A stretch of 24,000 nt of DNA from an uncultured bacterium (GTDB taxonomy: Bacteria > Bacillota > Bacilli > Lactobacillales > Streptococcaceae). The notes beneath the pieces are model-generated. The model worked only from the letters and a program-made list of their open reading frames with translations, searched no databases and was not told the origin of the DNA. The translations under genes and the position numbers were made by a program. Below, piece after piece: positions 16,875-24,000 of this stretch (the stretch's first letter is position 1; each line of letters starts with the position of its first letter). Location: NCBI GenBank assembly GCA_963519555.1, contig CAUQNI010000011.1:14600-38599 (forward strand), written 5' to 3'.

Positions 16875-17082
16875 CTACAGTTTTCTCCTCTATTTTCTTT
16901 TCTTGACACATATTCACTAAATCCTCAATCGTAATATGATTTCTTCTACAAATAACGACGTATTCCTTATCTAGAAGTTCTTCTTTCTTGGAACATAAAA
17001 TCTCTAAATCCTTATCAATTTGTTCCTTCTTTTCTAATAACTTTTTAATTTTTTGATTCACACGATGTAATTCTTTATTCAT
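16864..17082 (-). CDS. DUF4315-like small coiled-coil conjugation protein
   Basis: 72-aa helical protein (KIKKLLEKKEQIDKDLEILCSKKEELLDKEYV...ITIEDLVNM) in the conserved position between the CHAP hydrolase and the DUF4366 gene. It overlaps the downstream gene by 11 nt. Confidence 0.65.
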   Translation of the reverse strand: MNKELHRVNQKIKKLLEKKEQIDKDLEILCSKKEELLDKEYVVICRRNHITIEDLVNMCQEKKIEEKTVDEI

Positions 17083-17094
17083 ATGTAACCTCCT

Positions 17095-19605
17095 TTACCT
17101 TTGAACATTTGGTGGAAATCCAAAACCGACAGGAGAAGACTGACAACACGTCGCAATCCAATTATCAAGGCTAGTCACTCTAATTTGTCCGATATTATCC
17201 ATTACTTTACCATCTCCAATATAGATACCAACATGTCCATAAGTTCGACCTAACTCTCCACCAGTACTACAACTTTCAACTGCTACAATCATTCCAACTT
17301 TTAACTTTGAACGATCACTCGTATAAGTAAAGTTACGATACATATCATTCGCATTTCCGCCTATAAAGCCAATACCAGCGTTTTGATATACTTGTGTTAC
17401 CCACATGGCACACCATCCTGGACCTGGAGAAGGTGTAATATAAGCTGCATTTACAATACTTTTTTGAATGGCATCTGATGCCTCATACTCTTTTCCTCCA
17501 CCTACTGATCCAGAAACGCTACCTCCTCCCCTTCCTCCAAGCAAAGACTGATTACTAAATAATGCAGCCATATTCCCTTGGGCTGAAAATAGAGATTGAT
17601 AATGTTTTAAATTATCAGGGTAATTAGCGAAAACTTTATGGACAATGGTATCCATCTCTGTTTTATCTAGTGTCACAATAAGCTTCTTATACAGATATGC
17701 TTCTTTACTTTCGTTCCCTTGGCTGTCTGTAACCGTACGATAGCGAGTCTCAGTTTCCACTCGATAATTTACTTTATACATCGTGTCAAATAACTCTTTC
17801 AATGGTGCTTTAATATCAGAAAGATTCTTGATTTCGCCATATCTTGAAGTAATATACGAAAGTAACTCATGCACATTATGACCAATATCTCCATGCTTAT
17901 GGATAATATACTCATCATAACCTGGATAATGACTTTGAACATTTTCCAATTCGTTATATAAATCTGTCTCTAACTTGGAAAATATTTGATTGATTCCTTT
18001 TAAAATCTGTTCACTCGACAAATAACTGGTCGCTAGAACACCACTGGTAGAGTTTGCTACTCCACTCATTGAAACACTAGTAAATTGAAACAGAATCATT
18101 CCAAAACTAAAAATCACTACTGTTGCAATCGCAATCCCTTTTGCTCGTTTACTAATAAATTGCTTTGTAAAGTTTATTCCCTCCAATAAACTTTTTTTGA
18201 TTCTTTCTTTTAAGCTGTTCCTAAATGAATTTTTAATAGCTTCTTTCATCTGCTTCTTCTTTTGAAATTTCTTTCTTCTAGCAATTTTTTTAGAATCAAT
18301 TAGCTTGTTTCTCTTGTCTACAATATTACGAATAGTAAATGGGATTTTTCTTCTGGATTTTTCTCTTACTAGACTAGATAGACTTTCAAACCGTTTTTCT
18401 TTGTGTTTAGTCGCATACTTTTTAGCACCTTTGAGAAATGTGGAAGCTGTTCTCAATGTTTTTTCAGCAGCTTCTACCCCCTGATTTTCTTCACTACCAT
18501 AAGATAAATACATCCCACCAGCACTAGCAACTTGTGTAGCACCGAGAAACCCAATAGCCTTTTTTTGATTTTTACGCTTACGAGATTTTCTATTTTTGCC
18601 TGCCTCTTGTTTAGTTGATTTTTCAAACACATTCTGAAACCCTGGTGATGTTTTTTGCGTTTTAACAACTTTAGTCTTAACATCCATAGTTTCTTTATTT
18701 GAATTTCTCTTACTAAAACTATTTATCTCATTGATTCTGTTCGATAAGTTCCTTTGTTCTTCTTTTTGAATGTTTCTCTTTCGAATTTCTTTTTTATCTA
18801 CTTGAGGTCTTTGATGAAAGTTTCTAATTTCCTCTTCAGGAAGTGAAACTGACTTAATAGGTTCAAATTCTCGATTCAGGGTTTGATTTTTATGTTTCTT
18901 CCGATAAAATTGTCTGTTGATTCGACGTCGTCGAATCCTCTTAAAATGATCATTCCCTTGAACAAAAAAATTCCCAGTTATATTTTGTCTATAAATCTTT
19001 TCTTGAAAATGAGAAGAAGGGTTTTTTATTTCAGAATGATAGGTCTTATCCCTTTTCCTCTTAGATGGATGAATTGAATATTCAACAGAAGGCAACCCTG
19101 TCTCAGTTTCTTTTATTTTAGTGAATCTCTTGTGTTGTTTACTTTGCTTTCTTTTAGAGAGTGGCATTGTTTGTCTATAACTCCAATGACGCACTGAATC
19201 ACCTAAAGAATGATAGGTACTTGAATGATCTTGGTTTGAACGCTCCGATACTGCATTTGTTAAAGAAGCTATTCTTTTCTTCTTATGCTCTCCACTATTT
19301 TCCTCAGTTTGAGCTGTCGCCTTGTCTATCCCATCTTTACCTTTATCTGGTGCTTCTAATTCTTTTTTAATCAGATAATTCCGTTTTCTATTCTTTCTAG
19401 AAGGACGTGCTACCCTACATGCAAGATTTTTATTATGGATCTTATCCTGAAAACGATAACCTACCTTCGCAATTTTTTGACTGTAGTCATCAGAAATTTT
19501 TCTCCTATAAGATAAAACTTCACTTGTTGTACTATCCTTACTTAATGTCTGTTCATCTTTAGCTTTTATCCTTTCATTTAGACTACGTTTCCGTTTTTTT
19601 ACCAT
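17095..19605 (-). CDS. Conjugation cell-wall hydrolase: K/R-rich N-terminal region, TM segment, C-terminal CHAP/NlpC-P60 domain
   Basis: The C-terminus has the catalytic Cys context PGPGWCAMWVTQVY and the His context GHVGIYIGDGKVMDN. TM segment is GIAIATVVIFSFGMILFQF. The ATG at 19603-19605 lies 3 nt after the virB4 stop. Confidence 0.9.
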   Translation of the reverse strand: MVKKRKRSLNERIKAKDEQTLSKDSTTSEVLSYRRKISDDYSQKIAKVGYRFQDKIHNKNLACRVARPSRKNRKRNYLIKKELEAPDKGKDGIDKATAQTEENSGEHKKKRIASLTNAVSERSNQDHSSTYHSLGDSVRHWSYRQTMPLSKRKQSKQHKRFTKIKETETGLPSVEYSIHPSKRKRDKTYHSEIKNPSSHFQEKIYRQNITGNFFVQGNDHFKRIRRRRINRQFYRKKHKNQTLNREFEPIKSVSLPEEEIRNFHQRPQVDKKEIRKRNIQKEEQRNLSNRINEINSFSKRNSNKETMDVKTKVVKTQKTSPGFQNVFEKSTKQEAGKNRKSRKRKNQKKAIGFLGATQVASAGGMYLSYGSEENQGVEAAEKTLRTASTFLKGAKKYATKHKEKRFESLSSLVREKSRRKIPFTIRNIVDKRNKLIDSKKIARRKKFQKKKQMKEAIKNSFRNSLKERIKKSLLEGINFTKQFISKRAKGIAIATVVIFSFGMILFQFTSVSMSGVANSTSGVLATSYLSSEQILKGINQIFSKLETDLYNELENVQSHYPGYDEYIIHKHGDIGHNVHELLSYITSRYGEIKNLSDIKAPLKELFDTMYKVNYRVETETRYRTVTDSQGNESKEAYLYKKLIVTLDKTEMDTIVHKVFANYPDNLKHYQSLFSAQGNMAALFSNQSLLGGRGGGSVSGSVGGGKEYEASDAIQKSIVNAAYITPSPGPGWCAMWVTQVYQNAGIGFIGGNANDMYRNFTYTSDRSKLKVGMIVAVESCSTGGELGRTYGHVGIYIGDGKVMDNIGQIRVTSLDNWIATCCQSSPVGFGFPPNVQR

Positions 19606-19608
19606 AGG

Positions 19609-22044
19609 TTACAACCTCATTTCTTCTGGTTTCGTAGTCATCTTTTGATAAAGAATCGTGTCTTTCGGGAAATTATCCACAAAGGGAACAATCGTATTTC
19701 CAAAAAAGACTAATCCTTCTCCAGCCTTTGAATTGGTTACAAATTTTTCTTGATCTTTGGAAATCTTCAGTTTACTCACTAGATATTCTCTATCTCCTGT
19801 TGCTTGATTTAACATAAGAATAAAATCGGTATTATCAAAAATATTCTCAATTTCCTTACTAGCAAGAAGATCTTTCACATTTTGGGTAATACCTGTTGGA
19901 ATACCTCCCCACTTTCTAAATCTTTTCCATATTTCCACAGAATATTGAGAAGTCTGTTCATCCTTTAATAACAAATGAAACTCATCAATATAATAGCGTG
20001 TACTTTTTCCACTATTTCGATTCTGAGAGACCTTATTCCATACTTGATCTTGTATGACAAGCATCCCAATTTTCTTTAGCTGGGTTCCTAATTCTTTAAT
20101 ATCAAAGCACAAAAGTTGTTTATTTAAGTCAATATTTGACTGATGGTTAAAGACATTGAGTGATCCAGAGACGTAGATTTCCATTTCAGTGGCTAGTTTT
20201 TTCCCAACTTTTTCTTCTTGTCCTTTTAACATGTCATATAAATCTTGTAAGATTGGCATATTTTCAGGAATTGGATTACTAAAATATTCTTCATAAATTT
20301 TGGGTAAACATCTATCAATAACTGATTTTTCTTCCGCAGTTAATCCACTACCTCCTACAACTAGTTCCAACATCGACATGATGAAATTCGCTTTATCTTT
20401 AAGTGGAGCATCGCCATCACCATAGTTCATATTGATATCTAAAGGATTCAGGTAGTCCTGACTTTTCGCACTAACTTTAATCACTTCTCCTTTAAATTGC
20501 TTTACTAGATTCCCATATTCTCCTTCAGGATCACAAATAATAATGTCATCATCTGTAGTCAAAATAGCATTTGCTATCTCACGCTTAGCTGAAAAAGATT
20601 TCCCAGATCCTGGAGTCCCTAGAATAAGACCATTCGGATTCTTTAACATTTTTCTATCAGCCATGATAAGATTATGACTTAAAGCATTTAACCCATAATA
20701 AAGACTATTTTCGGAATTAATAAATAACTCTTCAGTTGTAAAGGGTAAAAACACGGCGGTTGAAGAAGAAGTTAAGCAGCGATTGATTTCAATTTTATTT
20801 ACCCCCAATGGAAGGACACTGATAAATCCTTGTTCCTGACTATGATCTAATCGTTTAATCTTACAGTTATGCTTACTAGCTATTGATGATATTTGAGATA
20901 AAGTAGCGTCCAATTTTTGTAAACTTTTTGCAAAATTCATAAAAATAATCGTCACTACAAACATACGCTCATCACGAGTTTGAAGATCTTTTAGCAACAT
21001 TTTAATATTATCTCCATAAGTAATTAAGTCACTAGGCAAAATATCCATATCGTAGCCACTACGGACAGCTTTTTTATTCTCCTCAATTTTCATCCTATCA
21101 ATATCAGTATTTTTTCGTTTCACCATTTTAATAGCTTCCGTCTGCTCAATTGCTTTAATATGAAAAGAAATATTGATATTATCGTCAATATCCAAAAACT
21201 CTGCAAGCATACGGTCTGATAATTCACTAGCTAAAATTTGAATATGGCTCACAGCACCTATATGATTTCCAAACTTAAAATACCTACTAGGAATAAAATT
21301 AAAAGAATCTGGCGCAATCACGCTTTTCGTACTTTCTCTTGGTTTTAAATCTTTGTAAGAAAAAGAAAAAAACTTATCAGGATTAAAAATATCATGCAAA
21401 ACTTTCAAACGTTCAATCCCTGTCAATGACTCTGCTCTTACACCCATACTTTTAAGATTCGATAATAAATCAATTTCTATCCTTTCCAGTTTAGTTCTTG
21501 CTTGCTCAACATTCGTTGCCTCAATCCCAAAAGTGATATACTTTGATTTCTTTAAACCGTTGTTTCCTTTTGCAAGTTGATTTTTGAGCATATCTCGAAA
21601 TTCTAAACGAATATCATCGTAACCATCTTTTTTATCTGGTATTTGAATGGCAGCTTTTAACTCAGTATTTCTCCCAATCTGATTAACATATGAAAATTCA
21701 ATTGTTACAGTAGGGTCAAATGAATTGAGTACATTCGCAAATTGATTAAAAATCAAATCTTTATCTTCTTCTAATGCTAGTTGATAATTGATATCTTGAA
21801 ATGAAATACATTTATTGAAATGAGTTTTATCTAGCTGACAAATACCACTTTTTAACATTCTCAAATATGGTATAGTATCCTCCACGGTATAACGTTTCGG
21901 TTCTTTCTTAAAAATCATACCAATTACAGAATTTTTATCTGTTGCAGAAAGTCTTTTTTCTTTTCTTAACTCACGTTTATTTTCTCTTAAGATTCTCTGA
22001 CTTTCTAGTAGTTGTAATTCTTGTGTTTTTCTTTTGTTTTTCAA
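19609..22044 (-). CDS. virB4: VirB4-family type IV secretion ATPase
   Basis: Walker A GTPGSGKSF, Walker B YYIDEFHLL, and the N-terminal IPYLRMLKSGICQL motif typical of Gram-positive VirB4/TcpF-like proteins. TTG start at 22042-22044 has GGAGG 6 nt upstream. It overlaps the PrgI-like gene by 68 nt. Confidence 0.95.
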   Translation of the reverse strand: MKNKRKTQELQLLESQRILRENKRELRKEKRLSATDKNSVIGMIFKKEPKRYTVEDTIPYLRMLKSGICQLDKTHFNKCISFQDINYQLALEEDKDLIFNQFANVLNSFDPTVTIEFSYVNQIGRNTELKAAIQIPDKKDGYDDIRLEFRDMLKNQLAKGNNGLKKSKYITFGIEATNVEQARTKLERIEIDLLSNLKSMGVRAESLTGIERLKVLHDIFNPDKFFSFSYKDLKPRESTKSVIAPDSFNFIPSRYFKFGNHIGAVSHIQILASELSDRMLAEFLDIDDNINISFHIKAIEQTEAIKMVKRKNTDIDRMKIEENKKAVRSGYDMDILPSDLITYGDNIKMLLKDLQTRDERMFVVTIIFMNFAKSLQKLDATLSQISSIASKHNCKIKRLDHSQEQGFISVLPLGVNKIEINRCLTSSSTAVFLPFTTEELFINSENSLYYGLNALSHNLIMADRKMLKNPNGLILGTPGSGKSFSAKREIANAILTTDDDIIICDPEGEYGNLVKQFKGEVIKVSAKSQDYLNPLDINMNYGDGDAPLKDKANFIMSMLELVVGGSGLTAEEKSVIDRCLPKIYEEYFSNPIPENMPILQDLYDMLKGQEEKVGKKLATEMEIYVSGSLNVFNHQSNIDLNKQLLCFDIKELGTQLKKIGMLVIQDQVWNKVSQNRNSGKSTRYYIDEFHLLLKDEQTSQYSVEIWKRFRKWGGIPTGITQNVKDLLASKEIENIFDNTDFILMLNQATGDREYLVSKLKISKDQEKFVTNSKAGEGLVFFGNTIVPFVDNFPKDTILYQKMTTKPEEMRL

Positions 22045-22345
22045 GATATACCTCCTTTCTCACTCTGATAGGTGGTTGATAAAATTTATGAAGGTAAATG
22101 TATTTAAAGTATTTCTCAAAATATAAACCATCCTTTTCAAATAAAGTAATAAAAAAGATAGGTAAAGTCGAAATGATGAGAAATAAAATAGCGACATCAT
22201 TTGGAAGAAATTTCCTGATAAATAGATAAATTGGAACTCCTACAAATCCAGCACATGTGAAACCAATCAGCTGTCGTCTAGTGAGGTTAAATGCTACCTT
22301 TGTTTTTACTTTTTTTAAATCCTTTGGTATCGGTACATATCCCAT
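21977..22345 (-). CDS. PrgI/VirB3-like small membrane protein
   Basis: 122 aa. N-terminal IPKDLKKVKTKVAFNLTRRQLIGF is followed by two TM helices. It occupies the position immediately upstream of virB4. Confidence 0.8.
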   Translation of the reverse strand: MGYVPIPKDLKKVKTKVAFNLTRRQLIGFTCAGFVGVPIYLFIRKFLPNDVAILFLIISTLPIFFITLFEKDGLYFEKYFKYIYLHKFYQPPIRVRKEVYLEKQKKNTRITTTRKSENLKRK

Positions 22346-22346
22346 T

Positions 22347-22463
22347 TCATCCCTCCAATCTACTTTTCTTACACTTTTTCAACCAGTTATAAATTGAGTA
22401 ACCAATAACTCCAATTCCTACTAACAAAATAGAAATAGGAAAAATACTTCTATTATCTCTCAT
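22347..22463 (-). CDS. 38-aa single-pass membrane peptide (not in ORF track)
   Basis: The ATG at 22461-22463 is preceded by GGAGGAGAAGAA. Translation is MRDNRSIFPISILLVGIGVIGYSIYNWLKKCKKSRLEG, with stop TGA at 22347-22349, 1 nt before the PrgI-like ATG. It fills an otherwise non-coding gap in a tightly packed operon. Confidence 0.5.
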   Translation of the reverse strand: MRDNRSIFPISILLVGIGVIGYSIYNWLKKCKKSRLEG

Positions 22464-22475
22464 TTCTTCTCCTCC

Positions 22476-23339
22476 TTAATGAGCATTTAAAATACTTTTC
22501 GCCAAAGTACCACTCTTTAACATCATTAGACCTAATAAAATTGCATAGCCTAAAACCATAAAAATGCTTGCATGAATATCTGTTATCTTAATTGTTTTAA
22601 CCAATACTGAATAGATTCCCAAGCAAATCATTAAAAACAAACCTTGTAATCCAATTGCAAATAAACCTTTGATATAATTTGTCCCTATCTGTCCCCATTC
22701 CTTGTTTCCCATTGTCGCAAATGGGATTGCTGAAACAGAACAATAAACATAAATTTCAAACATCCTTCCATAGACTGCTAACATAATGATGATAGACATC
22801 ACTTGTATTGCTACTTTTACCAACGATGTCTCTAAAAGTATCATCACTAGTTCACCAAGTTCTTTACTTTTTAGTCCGTCTACCATACTGACTATCTGAT
22901 CAGATGAAACAGTGGCAGAGGTATTAATAACCCCTGCCGCCTGATTCACTAAATGCTGAGCGACATCAAAAACTGCCATAGAAAAAGTAAAAGCATGTGA
23001 TGCTAACCAAACTGCTACCCACATTTTGATAATATATTTGAAAAACTCAAAGGTGTCTGTATCGTGCATATTATTTCTTTGCATAACCATATTTATAAGT
23101 TCAATGCATAACACCGCAGTTATAATAAGACCTGCAATCGGAATAATCACATTATCATTAATATTTTTTATGAAACTAAACACATCTGAGTTCCAACCCA
23201 TCGGTGTCTTCCCTACATCTTTGGCAATACTACCAACTTGGTCATTGATATCAATAAACATTGAATTAAGGTTTGCTTGGATACCTTCGAGGAGAAGTTT
23301 CTGAAAGAACTCTTTTATCTTATCGAAAATCCCAAACAT
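22476..23339 (-). CDS. VirB6/TrbL-like polytopic membrane protein of the T4SS
   Basis: 287 aa with at least 6 hydrophobic helices. It occupies the conserved position between Maff2 and PrgI-like genes. Confidence 0.75.
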   Translation of the reverse strand: MFGIFDKIKEFFQKLLLEGIQANLNSMFIDINDQVGSIAKDVGKTPMGWNSDVFSFIKNINDNVIIPIAGLIITAVLCIELINMVMQRNNMHDTDTFEFFKYIIKMWVAVWLASHAFTFSMAVFDVAQHLVNQAAGVINTSATVSSDQIVSMVDGLKSKELGELVMILLETSLVKVAIQVMSIIIMLAVYGRMFEIYVYCSVSAIPFATMGNKEWGQIGTNYIKGLFAIGLQGLFLMICLGIYSVLVKTIKITDIHASIFMVLGYAILLGLMMLKSGTLAKSILNAH

Positions 23340-23351
23340 TCTATTTCCCCC

Positions 23352-23567
23352 TTATTTCAACAAATTTCCAAGTAATGGAATTAGTTTTAGTCCAATCAAG
23401 ACAATACCTCCTCCTGCCATCAGTTGTTTGATTCCTTGTGATTTTGCGCCAGGGTTATCGTTCCCATAACCTTCCATCAAGTTAATGACACCCCATGCTC
23501 CAAGTCCGGCACCAACTGCCATTACCAATATTTTTAAGACATTTACTGCTTGTGCGAAAAACTCCAT
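23352..23567 (-). CDS. Maff2 family small membrane protein
   Basis: GAGLGAWGVINLMEGYGNDNPGAKSQGIKQLMAGGGIVLIG matches the highly conserved Maff2 signature as I remember it. Confidence 0.85.
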   Translation of the reverse strand: MEFFAQAVNVLKILVMAVGAGLGAWGVINLMEGYGNDNPGAKSQGIKQLMAGGGIVLIGLKLIPLLGNLLK

Positions 23568-23570
23568 CTT

Positions 23571-23882
23571 CTATTCCTCCTCGGATTCTTCTTTTGATTC
23601 TATCTTATTAAATGATTTGACAATAAAATTTCTATAAGTTTTGTCCTCTTTCACTCTCTGATTGAAATACCCAAATACATGAACAAAATCATCCTTTGAT
23701 AATTTCATTACCTCAGTAACTTTATCCCCGTACACTGCACAATGAATGTATTCCTTTCCTTTTCCGTATCTTTTTACGAGCGTAAAATTTGCGACACTGA
23801 CTTCTTCTGTATCTATCATAAAAGTAGTCTTAACTGGTGCTTCTATCAGATTGGCATTAATATTTATCATTTCTTTATCCAC
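23571..23882 (-). CDS. Small SSB-like OB-fold protein with acidic tail
   Basis: 103 aa. GTG start at 23880-23882 has GGAGG 7 nt upstream. The pattern NANLIEAPV...VANFTLV...YIHCAVYGDKVTEVMKLSKDDFVHVFGYF...V resembles SSB OB folds and the core of the 218-aa protein at 3792-4448 (shared C..YGDK motif). The tail is ESKEESEEE. Confidence 0.6.
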   Translation of the reverse strand: MDKEMININANLIEAPVKTTFMIDTEEVSVANFTLVKRYGKGKEYIHCAVYGDKVTEVMKLSKDDFVHVFGYFNQRVKEDKTYRNFIVKSFNKIESKEESEEE

Positions 23883-23895
23883 TGTTATACCTCCA

Positions 23896-23929
23896 ATAAA
23901 AAATGCGATTGAAGAATTATTTCAATCGC
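23896..23929 (-). terminator. Intrinsic terminator upstream of the transfer array
   Basis: The minus strand reads GCGATTGAA (23929-23921), a 7-nt loop, TTCAATCGC (23913-23905), then ATTTTTTATT. GGAGG and the GTG start follow directly. The 9-bp stem is perfect. Confidence 0.6.
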
Positions 23930-24000
23930 TGCGTTCATATATTTTTTCTATTATCTTGTAGGGCTTTTATTTCTTATCATATATTCATATTCTCCTCAAA

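Noticed and set aside
18474-19370. Nested ORFs within the CHAP gene: 18474-18683 (-), 18883-19077 (+) and 19161-19370 (+).
   Set aside because: They lie in the A/G-rich region that encodes the basic N-terminal half. They have no RBS or motifs.
1-24000. Search for CRISPR arrays, tRNA/rRNA genes, long direct or inverted repeats, IS elements, and integrase or att sites.
   Set aside because: Reading both strands by eye, I saw no repeat-spacer periodicity, no cloverleaf-like or rRNA-like segments, and no transposase or recombinase motifs in any ORF. The element ends evidently lie outside this window.

Overview
AT-rich, Firmicutes-style conjugative-element backbone (ICE, conjugative transposon or plasmid of the Maff2/PrgI/VirB4/CHAP type). 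Its boundaries are not in the window. I saw no integrase, att site, tRNA, rRNA, CRISPR array or IS. Nearly all genes are on the minus strand. From 23.9 kb down to 3.8 kb the array reads: SSB-like OB-fold protein, Maff2, VirB6/TrbL-like membrane protein, a 38-codon TM ORF missing from the track, PrgI/VirB3-like protein, VirB4 ATPase, CHAP cell-wall hydrolase, DUF4315-like, DUF4366/CD1107-like, topoisomerase III, an orphan C5 cytosine methyltransferase, a small barnase/EndoU/RelE-like (PBECR-type) nuclease candidate, a 2412-aa polyvalent protein (ArdC-N-like + DUF2958-like + N6-adenine MTase + SNF2 helicase), and a second SSB-like protein. Intrinsic terminators sit directly in front of ribosome-binding sites at four junctions of this array. 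The left 3.8 kb is accessory cargo. It is convergent with the 3' end of a plus-strand relaxase gene that is open at the window edge. The cargo holds (i) a decayed Mrr-like nuclease/helicase pseudogene, (ii) a stand-alone PD-(D/E)xK nuclease gene with its own promoter, and (iii) a translationally coupled pair with its own near-consensus promoter: a double zinc-ribbon protein and a protein with a C-terminal hydrophobic hairpin. I cannot assign that pair to any named family, and it is my best candidate for an undescribed defence, abortive-infection or addiction system. All family assignments come from motif recognition by eye. No database search was possible.
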